Origin: Centroscyllium fabricii
Taxonomy: Eukaryota
Assembly (NCBI GenBank): GCA_051313645.2
Contig: JBNRSN020000010.1
Coordinates: forward strand, 87,048,001 to 87,112,000
Direction of reading: 5' to 3'
Length of the DNA stretch: 64,000 bases
Position numbers and translations under genes: made by a program. Below, piece by piece: positions 1 to 12,000 of this stretch. The notes beneath the pieces were generated by a model. That model was not told the DNA's origin, did no database searches, and worked only from the letters and a program-made list of their open reading frames with translations. The stretch's first letter is position 1. Every line of letters starts with the position of its first letter.

Positions 1-75
1 AGAGGAATATTCAGGCAATTTAAGGTAGTGCACACACGTGTTTACTGATGGATAACTTGCGTCTGTTGCATCGAC
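1..75 (-). CDS. HECTD1: HECTD1 last coding exon (truncated by window edge), contains HECT catalytic Cys
   Basis: attag|GTC; [25 protein letters not shown]; Cys codon at 36-34. Confidence 0.96.
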
Positions 76-3000
76 CTAATAGGAAAGAATACATTAAAAT
101 GCATTCCTTAGGTAATTTAATGAATCATTGTATTTAATAATAGCCAACATTACAGATTTTGCATGGAATAGTGGATATATGCGAGGTTATCCACTTTGGT
201 GGCAAAAACATGAAGACAGATGGTCTGAACAGCAATAAATTGGGAAAAGGGGAAGTGCAACGAGACCTGGGTGTCCTTGTGCACCAGTCGCTGAAGGTAA
301 GCATGCAGGTGCAGCAGGCGGTTAAGGCGGCAAATGGTATGTTGGCCTTCATAGTGAGAGGATTCGAGTACAGGAGCAAAGATGTCTTGCTGCAGTTGTA
401 CAGGGCCTTGGTGAGACCACACCTTCAGTATTGTGTGCAATTTTGGTCGCCTTATCTGAGGAAGGATGTTCTTGCCATGGTGGGAGTGCAGCGAAGATTC
501 ACCAGACTGATACCTGGGATGGCAGGAATGATGTTATGAAGAGAGATTGGGTCGATTAGGCTTATATTCACGAGAGTTTAGAAGAATGAGAGGGGATCTC
601 ATTGAAACATAAAATTCTAACAGGACTAGACAGACTAGATTCAGGAAGGATGTTCCCGATGGCCGGGAGTCCAGAACCAGGGGTCACAGTCTAAGGATAA
701 GGGGTAAGCCATTTAGGACTGAGATGAGGAGGAATTTCTTTACCCAGAGTGGTGTGAACCTGTGGAATTCTCTACCACATTAGACAATTGAGGCCATCTT
801 ATTAAATATATTCAAGAAGGAGTTAGATATATTTCTTAAGGCTAAAGGGATCAAGGGATATGGGGAGAAAGCAGGGACAGGGTACTGAATTTGGATGATC
901 AACCATGATCTCATTAAATGGCAGAACAGGCTCGAGGGGCCGAATGGTCTACTCCTGCTCCTATCTTCTATGTTTAATTACATAGCTCGAACAAAATCCC
1001 TCTTTACAGGTCAAAAGCATTTGACATGTGCACCAGGTTAGGTTCAAGTTATCTACATTCAAACTAATAAATATAAATTGGAAGGCTGAAAAATGGATCT
1101 TCCGGGGTAAAACGAGCCAAACCTCCCCATTCCAGAACATATTCGTGTAATTATCATTTACATTAGAGATATTTTACTAAAATCAACAGTTTTTCAACAT
1201 GAACAAACCTTTCAATGTAGTGCATCCACTTAATTGACAATTTTAAGTTTAGACTACATACCTTGCGTACAATAGTGAGCCGTGGGTGAAGATTGGCCAA
1301 ACCACCTGGTGGGAGAGTGGAACATCCCGTGGTAAACTGCAGAAATGCCTTCCTTTCATCGGACGACATCCCACAAAGAACCCTTACAAATCGGATGAAT
1401 CCCGGACTGAGCAGAAAAAGTGATTTTTTTTACTACGTTAGGCATGTAACATGAATTACAATAAGTAATGCAGAAGTCAATATAAAAAAGAAACTGACAC
1501 TAGGTGCTGCAACCTAATAAAGGGTAAATCTAACATAAAATCCTATTGGCCACATGTTCAATGAAATGTTGCTTGTAAAGCGGACTCAAGTTTCTGCACA
1601 TTCTAAACATAAACCTTCACCCGAATCAATGGTGCAATAGCGCAGAGAATGGTAGAGTACGAGTTTGCACCCATGGTTCCCAATGTCAGCGATGGCTCTG
1701 AGGGAACGTGCAATGGAGGAAATCTTTAAAGATTTTCACCCAGAATAGTCTCATAAACCTAATGGGCCCGTATCAGCAGCAGAGATCTTTAAATAGATCA
1801 TTGTCCCATCTTAGCTGTGCATGTATGACAGAAATCTGATATGGGGAAAAAAGTGAATTGCTTTCATTTGCATCTTGGCCTGCACGGTTTAACTTGTGAG
1901 AGAACATCTTGCACAACAAATTTCTCTCCGTAACTGGGCACCACAGGACATTCTGTTGAATCAGCTGCATTCCCTGGAATGGTGCAGCACAGAACATTGC
2001 ACAAGACACAAAGATTCCTCCAGCAACTACCCAGTCAACAGATAGCGCTAACTGGCCAATTGAAATCATCCAGCTCACAGCTATGATGACCACTTTTATT
2101 TTGCTGCTTGTAATGCATCATTCTCAAGCTGTGGCAAATCAATCGCACATAACATTTCCTAATGCTATAAAATACGTAGTAGTTCATTTGATACAATATT
2201 GCATCAAAGTATCACTTGTTCATCAAGTTGGATTTAATCATCGAATGTAGTATCCAACAAATCACAAATATGTATCCTTTATTCAAATCTGTATCAGTAC
2301 ATTTAAACAAATACCCTGTTCAGAGCTATTTGAACATGACACAAAGATGGGAGGGAGTGTGATGAGTGAGGAGGACATTAAAAACCTGTAAAAGGACATA
2401 GATAGGCTAAGTGAGTGGGCAGAGATATGGCAGATGGAATATAATACTCGAAAGTGTGAAGTTATGCACTTTGGCAGGAAAAATAATGGAGCAAGTTATT
2501 ATCTAAATGGAAAGAAACTGGAAAGTACACAGTGCAAAGGGATCTGGGGGTCCTGGTGCAGGAAACACAAAACGTTAGTATGCAGCTGCAGCAGGTGGTC
2601 AGGAAGGCCAACGGAATGTTGGCTTTTATTGCTAAGGGGATTGAGTATAGAAGCAGGGAGGTCTTGCTGCAGTTGTACAGGGTATTGGTGAGACCACACC
2701 TGGAGTACTGTGTGCAGTTCTGGTATCCATATTTAAGAAAGGACATACTTGCTCTCGAGGCATTGCAAAGAAGGTTCACTAGGTTAATTCCGGGGATGAG
2801 GGGGCTGACATATGACGAGAGGTTGGGTAGATTGGGCCTCGACTCATTGGAGTTCAGAAGAATGAGAGGCGATCTTATTGAAACATATAAGATTGTGAGA
2901 GGGCTTGATCGGGTGGATGCAGTGAGGATGTTCCCAATGGTGGGTGAAATTAGGACTAGGGGGCATACTCTTCAAATAAGGGGCTGCCATTTCAAAACTG

Positions 3001-6000
3001 AGAGGAGGAGAAACTTCTTCACTCAGAGGGTGGTGGGGCTGTGGAATTTGCTGCCCCAGAGAGCTGTGGAAGCTACTACATTGAATAAATTTAAAACCGA
3101 GATAGACAGTTTCCTGGAAGTAAAGGGAATTAGGGGTTATGGTGAGCGGGCAGGTAAGTGGACACGAGGCAAGGTTCAGATCGGCCATGTGATCTCCTGG
3201 ACCAGTTTTTGATCGCCTAGATGGGTCGGAGAGGAATTTCCCAGATTTTTTCTCCCAAATTGGCCACTGGGTTTTTAATCTGTTTTTTTGCCTCTCCCGG
3301 GTGATCACATGGGTTTGGGCGGGATGCAGCGTAAAAATAAAAGTAAAATTGAGGTTAGGACCAGATCAGCCATGATCTTGTTGAATGGCGGAGCAGGCTC
3401 GAGGGGCCGATTGGCCTACTCCTGCTCCTATTTCTTATGTTCTTATATTTGAAGAAATTGTAACTTGGCATTTTTATATTTTTAATTACACACGCGAGTT
3501 CTGCTATGGCTTAGTGTTGTACAATTCCTAAATGATCTCATGTAGGGATTTAATTTGAATATTAACCACGATAAAGTTAGACATAAAATCACAGTATTTT
3601 CATGGTTTGGTGTTCCTCAGCCCAGTGCAGTATGCCACACAGCCAACCTGCTGCAAGGCATGTCTTGCTATCTTTCTGTAACTGTCAATGAGAGTTGTCC
3701 CAGGAGATTCAATCGTGGATTTCCCCTTCCTCTTTCTAGGCAAGTTGAGACTTTCAGCAAACTCTTACTTCACTGAACTGGCATATACTTGGCAAGAAAA
3801 TCATCAACATGCATGTCAGCTGTGGCTCAGTTGGTAGCACTCTCGCCTCAGAGTCAGAAGGTTGTAGGTTCAAGTCCCACTCCAGAGACTTGAGCACAAA
3901 AATCTAGGCTGACACTGCAGTACTGAGGGAGGTGCTGTCTTTCAGAGGAGACGTTAAAACAGAGACCATGTCTGCTCTCAGGTGGATGCAAATGACTCCA
4001 TGGCATCAATGTTCCGGTTAAGCTTGGTGTGGAGGTCCTGCGCAGGCCGCTCAGTGGTTTTTGAATGGATAAACCACTCATGCACATAAATTTGAACGGG
4101 CCACGCAGCCAAACAAAAATGAGAGGGAATGTTGCATGGCACTATTTCAAAGGGGAATTGACTTATCCCAGGTGGCCTGGCCAATATTTATCCCTCAACT
4201 GAACAAACACATCATCTGGTCATTATCACATTGTTGTTTGTGGGAGCTTGTTGAGAGCAAATTGTCTGCCGTGTTTCCTACATTACAACAGTGTCTACAC
4301 TTCAAAAGTACTTCATTGACTGTAAAGCGCTTTGGGACATCCTGTGGTTGTGAAAGGCGTTATGGCGTTATATAAATGCAAATATTTCTTTTCTCTTTTG
4401 CATTATTACTGTTCAAAGTCAAATGTCAAAACAATCTACAAAACATTACTGGTCAACTTGTTCAAGAAAGCATCGAGGAATTTAGTAGCATTTAGGCCAT
4501 CACTTTTAAGTTTCGCAAACTGATTTGGTGTAGCAGAATTTAAAACCAATATGCTTATAATGCATGTTTCCAAGGACATAAATAATGAATGAGCCATCAA
4601 TCTATAATCCCAAACACTGAAGCCTGAAGAGGTACAAAAGCACCTTGTAATAAAAGTAGGTACAGGTTGAAGTTTATTAATCCGGCATCTGAAAAACCAG
4701 CTGCTTCAGTCGTTCGGCACAGATTTTCCCGACTGCCCGGCGCATGCCCAGACAATTCAAAATGGCCGCCGTCGGGGCTGGGCTTCCCCTTCACCTAACA
4801 TATACTCACTGGCTCCCGGTTTAGTGACCACCCCAATGCCGATGGTGAATCCCAGGCCCAGAAGATAAGCTGTTGTGCCAGCCGCCTTTCGCAGGACGCG
4901 ATACAGGCAATGCTCGGTGCCCATCGCTGCCGGAGGCTCCTGCCTGGCTGCGTGCTGACGTCACCGCGTTCCGAAGCTGGCGTGCGGTGGCGTCACGTGA
5001 GCCGGGCTTGAGCTGCACATTGGGCCTCAGGCCTGCTGGAGCCGTGCAGCCAGCTCCCTGACCCGCAGCAGAATCGAGTGAGAGTTCCACCTGACCCTTG
5101 GGCTGAAAATCAACTGCCAAGTACCGGCGAGCGCATGCGCAGAGCATTGAAAATTTCGCATCGGCTGTGACTTCAATAATTCGGCGTTTTCAACAATCTG
5201 GAAGGGTGCTGGTCCCGACGCTGCCGGATTGATGAACTTCAACCTGTATAGCAGTCAGTTACTAAGTGTGCAAATTGCTAAGTCCAGCATTTAAGATGCA
5301 CAATTTTTACAATTGGAACTTAGAAATTACAGTACGTTTTGGCTAAACAGAGGGCAAGTTTTGCAGGTCTTAGTCAGATAATTTGTGGCTGGTGGAACAG
5401 GAACTGTTCCCAGATCATGCAACTGTACATGCTCGCCCTTTGGCTAAGAACATAAGAAATAGGAGCAGGAGTAGGCCAATCGGCCCCTCGAGCCTGCTCC
5501 GACATTCAACAAGATCATGGCTGATCTGATCCTAACCTCAATTTTATTTTTACTCTCCATCCCGCCCGAACCCATGTGATTAAAAACCCAGTGGCCAATT
5601 TGGGAGAAAAAATCTGGGAAGTTCCTCTCCGACCCATCTAGGCGATCTAAAACTGGTCCAGGAGATCACATGGCCGATCTGAACCTAGCCTCATGTCCAC
5701 TTACCTGTCCGCTCACCATAACCCCTAATTTCCTTTACTTCCAGGAAACTATCCATCTCTGTTTTAAATTTATTCAATGTAGTAGCTTCTACAGCTCTCT
5801 GGGGCAGCAAATTCCACAGCCCCACCATCCTCAGTGAAAGGAACAGTATTTACTGCATCCAAGCTCGATAGACTCTGGCCAAGAATAACAGTGGACGTGG
5901 GGAGGCATGGCTAATTTTTCTGGGAGGAAACTGGACGATGGGGGAAGAGAGGAAGGTCAGAAAGAGCAGAGAGTAAAAAATATCCTGTCCTCCGAATGTC

Positions 6001-9000
6001 TTCTCCATCCGAGATGCAGAAATAAGTTTGTTGCAATGTGCAGCAAAATTTGAGACTCCGTTTTCACCCAACCCAGTTGTCCTTATTTTGAACTGTACTT
6101 GGCTGACCAGATTATTTACTTAATGAAGTCAAATCCCTGGGTTTCTTGGGAATGACAAATTACTGCCTGTAGTAATGCATTAGTTCTGAGCAAAAAGTAC
6201 TTGATCTTTGATTGTAATAAAATAGATACTACCTAAATCTTTTCCAAAATCCATTACAATATAATGGTTAAGGAAGAACTTGTACTTATGAAGTAACTGA
6301 TCATGTTCTAAGAGCATCCCAAAGTGCTTCATAACCAAAGAGTTTCTTTTTAAATAGTCACTATTATCCAGGTAAACACAGCAGCTACTTTGTGCACAGG
6401 GGAATCAAACTAAACTAAGTAAGTCGATGGTTGCAGGATCTTGGTGATTTTAGTCAGTATACATCACCACTGAAGGGAGGACACAGGTTTATCACTTCTA
6501 TTCTCAAGTCTTTAAAATAATGAAGGGTTTAGACTTTGTCCATGTAGATCGACAATTTGAGTTGGGGAAGTTAGGACGGTTCAGGGGACATGCAGCATGG
6601 TGACATGAGCATAGAATCAGGTTAGGCTTCAGAAGGCACGCCTTTTTGCAGCGGTCATCAATCTCTCGAACAAGCTGCCGCCTCGTGCAGTGGGTACGGA
6701 TTTGCTGCAAGTGTTCAAAAGAGTTGGGTGCCATTATAGCTGTGGCCAACATCATAACGTACAAAAGGTAGGTGGGGCTTTGGGTGATGTTTCTCATGAT
6801 CACCTGTTTAGGCTGTTAGGAAGTACCAGGCTGATCGAGGCCAACAGTTCTCTTTTCCTCCCTTGGGAATCACCACCTAATGCCTGCTATTCTTAATCTG
6901 TTGAGGAAGATTTGATGATGTAACTCTTCTCCTACCCCAATTTTTCCTCCCATCACCCTTTTACACCATGGTCTCCTGAAACTTGTTTTCATCGCCTTCA
7001 GTGGTTAGAGAGGAAATTCCTAGATTTTTTTCTTCCCTGAATTTATCATGGCTTTTTTTTTGCATCTCCCAGGAAATTGTGTGGCTGTTAGTGATTGGGG
7101 GTCAATATAGGTCAAGATGCTCAGTTGCACCATGAGGATTTGAGACAGACTCGATGAACCAGCTGGTCTTTACCTGTCCATCATTTCTGTATGTACAGCC
7201 AGTTCCTAATCTTAATACTATTTTATGACAGTGCCACGCAAAGGTTTGATACTCAATTCACAAAAGGATGCAAGTGTTAAGTCACCCAAAATTGCTCGTG
7301 CAGCTCTTTGGAACAGATTGATTGTACATGTAACGGGAAATAAAAAGTGAACGGAAACAATTGCGTACAGAATAAAATGTCATAATTTCTCAATTTGGGA
7401 ATAATAAAAAGTTAGCAGTACTAAAATGAAGAAAAGATTCAATTATAATGGCTTTATTAATTGTCATGAGAATACAAAAATATTTGTAAATACCTATCAC
7501 GGGTGTAGCCCAATTTGGGTTCAGTGTAGTTAATGATATCCTCTGCAGCCCAAGACGGTGACTGGTTTCCACAAAGAATCATTTGAACTTCTTCATGGCT
7601 GAAAGAGCTCAGCTTTTCCATAGGAAAGACATGGTTGAATCCATCTGGAACATGGGGGAAAAGAGAGGGGAAAATGACAAATCACTCACACAAATCTACT
7701 TGTTAAATTTTCTAATTCAGTCTTTCTATTTATACAAGCCCTTGCTTAACTTTTTGACATACACCGGTTACAATTTTTACTAGCTTTGCAAAGAGCATTC
7801 TGATGCAATTTTTACACGAGCTTGGCAAAGAGCATTCTGATGCTATCTTTGCACTTTCACTTGTTCAATGATGACAGGATGGTATACCAAAATACTGACA
7901 ACACCCATATTTTTGTTTAAATTTAAATGTCATCCTCAAAATTCCTCCTCAGAGTTCTGTCTTTAATAGTTCCATAATACTATAGATTACTCATGTATTA
8001 TTCAGGCATTTCTTCCTGACCCCACCATTCACCCAAGGGGTCTGGCTCTTAGTGGGGTACTGTTCAACAAGCTACAGTAGCTCTCCATATCTTGCCAAGT
8101 GACCACTTTTCACATGCAAGGCTACACAATGTTATCAAGCCATTTTACCAAGGAATACGCCACGACCCAGCCAGATTCTGTCCCCATCAAACAATCTCAC
8201 ACTCACTTTCCAGCATAGATCACGAGATAGAAATCAGGGGCAGGAACCCCAACTGATTTCCTGCACCACCCCACAGCTCCAGTCTAGTAGCATCACGGCC
8301 AATCATGGTGCTCCAGCTGAGATCAGCTAACAGCGCAGCCCAGGGATATAAGGCCCGGAATTTGCGGTCAGCAGCGAAGCGAAAGCATTCGCTGCTGGCC
8401 CCGAAGTTCGCTCCGCACAAGGATCTTGCAATCCCGGTGTCGGGAATTTTGGATTCTCAGACCTTCAATTCAATGAACTGTAGTGGGAATCCCCTTGTGC
8501 GAAGTGCTGTGACGACAACAGGCTGTCTAAGCAGCTAATTAAAACGCAGAATTAACACAGACAGCGAACAAGGAAGTGAGTTATCTCTTAAAATTCGAAC
8601 TTAAAAAAAAATGTCAGAGAGCAAAACAAAGATTAAGCCTCTCATGGGGAAAAAGCAAACCTGAAATAAAGATGGACAAACTTTAATTTTTTTATTAAAA
8701 TGGACAAATTTCACTGCACAAAATTAAATTTCATTTTCCAGGCCCTTAATATTTGATTAGCAGTAATAACGATGTTAAAACCCCAGTTACACCTAATTCC
8801 TTTGGGTCTAACTTTTAGTGGGGAATTTAACAGCGTGCTTACTGCCGAAGTTTTCATCAGCTTCAATGATTTACGAGATTTCAGTGATTGCCGGCTCTGT
8901 GGTTTGGGGTGGGGGGGCCAAAGCACAGCCAGTTTCGGAGCTGTCAATGACAGACCGCAACTACGCGATTTTCGCATGCGCCTGATCCCAAAGTTGCGAT

Positions 9001-12000
9001 CAGTTTTTAAAGGCGGAATTGACAGCGAATTTGCCAGTTCGCCATAATCCCGACCGCAAATTCCGGGCCTACGACTTTGTACCACACTATACAGTACACT
9101 GACCCATTAAGACATCAGGGAAATTTAAATATTCAGTTATTTTGATCAGGGGAAGAACAGTTTTGAACAAGGCTAATTAAACTTTATCTGATCCCACAAG
9201 ACAGATAACTAATCAGGTACAGGTTGAGCACCGTTAATCCATTACCCTAAAAACCGGCAGCTTCGAATGTCCGGCAATAATTTCCCCGCTGCGCCGCGCA
9301 AAATGGCTGCCATGATTGATGCTTTGGCGAATGATCTGCACATGCGCCGCTGAACGGCGAGCGCATGCGCAGATCATTCACAATGGTGTCTCCGAGCCGA
9401 TAGCGGGCTGGGCCGGGACTCCCCGAACGCGGGCTGGGCCGGGACTCCCCGAACGCGGGCTGGGCCGGGACCCCCCGAACGCGGGCTGGGCCGGGATTCC
9501 TCGAACGCGGGCTGGGCCGGGACCAGGACCACCCTAACGATGCTGGGCCGGGACTCGCCGAACGATAAGCGCATGCGCAGACCACTAACTGGCCGCCGGC
9601 CTTTCGCGGCGGCCATTTTGAATGGTCTGCGCATGCTCTCTCAGAAGCTTCAATCGTTCGGGATTTTCACGTTCCCGGCACTGGCCTGGTCCTGCCCGTG
9701 CCAGATTAACGGTGCTCAACCTGTATTTACAGTAGCCATGAAGAGAAAAACAGAAGCAGTCAGTAACATCAATCACATGGAGATATTGGGCCAGTATCTT
9801 GCTGGCAAAATAACAGTGTATTAACGCATACAGTCATTAATGTGCAAGTCACCCAGTAAATTCAGGGGATTAAGAGATACGGCGTGAGTTGCGAATCTCC
9901 AGAACTTGGTCAATTTTTGCTACTCTGCCATTTGCTTTGCACAAATATCATCTCGCCATTAGCCTCCCTGTTATTTTTAAGAACTAGCTGGATTTGCACA
10001 TTAATTGCCCATTAAACATGTTGCAGAAAGTTATTTTGGTGCAACGTGATCATTGTTAATGCAATGCCAATCAACCTATCTGGCCCAGAATGGGAACAAT
10101 TTAAAGTTTTCAATCTGATTCCTGCATGTAGTCAATTGTTGTTTGAGATTTAAAAAATGTCAAATATTGTTTCCTCTGATTTTTCATTTGTCTTATTTTT
10201 CTCTCAATCAATTTTCTTTCCCTCTCTATTTCTCTGTCCCTGATTTGACTAATTCACCCTCCTTCTCTGCCATTCCTCTGTTTATTTCTCAATCCTTAAA
10301 TCTCATTGGTTCAGGAGATATATGGTTGGTCCCACCATTAACTAAGGTCCCAGGTGTCCCATTGCCCTGGCCACACCATAATCGGTTTGCACTTACAGCA
10401 AGTTATGTCGCAAACATTTTGAGTTGAAGGGTGCATAAAAAAGTCTAACAAATGCAGCACTCCATGAGATGCCCTGCTCCAGCCCATTCATATTACCACA
10501 TTGAAGATTAAAAAGGACATTACCTCTGAAAGCATCCATTTGTTTTTGTATTCCAGTGTGCATACAGAAGTCAAACATCAGTTCAACATACTCTTCTGCA
10601 TTGTCTATGGTTACCATCTAAAACAAAAACAATGCAAACCAAAAATAAAAAGGCAAACAGTAACATTTCATTCCAACTTCTTTGACATACAGTGGAAATC
10701 TTACTGAGGAATCAAAAATAAGCTGATACAAGGCAATACACAAGACTGGGTAAAAGAGAAACCCTAGCCTGTCCTATGTTTTTCCCATGTTACCTAACCC
10801 AAATGCTAATATTGGAACAGTTCAGGCAGGGTGTGGTGGAAACAACATTAAAAGCAAAATAAACTCATTCACCCAATTATTTCTGAAAATTTTACTACTG
10901 ACCTCATCGTCACCATTTGGCTTCAGATCAACAGCTGTAAATCCATGTACTTTGGACGAAGGACAAAACTGGAAATTCAACCTGCAAGATTTGGACAAAT
11001 AATTTAATAAGGAAGCAATTAAAAATACACAATATTTAATAGTTCTTTTCAAATGGCTTGGGGTGCAAGTATTTAGTAATTTTCACAGTATAACTCACTT
11101 ATCTTTGGAACTTTCCTCATTATTCTCCCTCCCTCAAACTTTTTGCCTTGTAGGCACCTTATGGCTCAGCCAGATCAGGGACCTGGTGCAGCTAGATATC
11201 CCCCATCAATTCCATATACAGTATGACTGAACCATCAAGAATTCAGTTCAGTGCTAATCGAAAAAAAATCACGAGAACTGACCTTTCAGAAGTGTGAAAA
11301 TATAATTGACCATGACCCCAACAGACAACCACTAGTATCCACAGCAAACATCACCCGTGCATTGACGAACATTTTCCAACATTCCATAGACTCTGGATCA
11401 GTTCCGATGGAGTGGGGGGTGGCTAATGTAACCCCACTTTTTAAAAAAGGAGGGAGGGAGAAAACAGGGAATTACAGACTGGTCAGCCTGACATCGGTAG
11501 TGGGCAAAATGATGGAATCAATTATTAAGGATGTCATAGCAGACCATTTGGAAAGTGGTGACATGATAGGTCCAAGTCAGCATGCATTTGTGAAAGGGAA
11601 ATCATGCTTGACAAAGCTTCTGGAATTTTTTGAGGATGTTTCCAATAGAACAAACAAGGGAGAACCAGTGGATGTGGTGCATTTGGACTTTCAGAAGGCT
11701 TTCGACAAGGTCCCACACAAGAGATTGGTGTGCAAAGTTAAAGCACATGGGATTGGGGGTAATGTGTTGACGTGGACGGAGAACTGGTTGGCACACAGGA
11801 AACAAAGAGTAGGAGTAAATGGGCAGTTTTCAGAATGGCAGGCAGTGACCAGCGGGGTACCGCAAGGTTCGGTGCTGGGGCCCCAGCTGTTTACATTATA
11901 TATTAATGATTTGGACGAAGGGATTAAATGTTGTATTTCCAAATTTGTTGATGACACTAAATTGGGAGGCAGTGTGAGCTGCGAGGAGGATGCCAAGTGG

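Noticed and set aside
7775-7845. About 36-bp tandem duplication
   Set aside because: Ordinary local duplication with no structure or motif.
9403-9525. Regular repeats as a CRISPR array
   Set aside because: Tandem units without unique spacers, in a vertebrate intron; this is a minisatellite.
9247-9634. Repetitive ORFs in GC-rich MITEs (also near 23200, 26000 and 45500)
   Set aside because: Open frames come from high GC and the 26-bp repeat; there are no transposase or other protein motifs.
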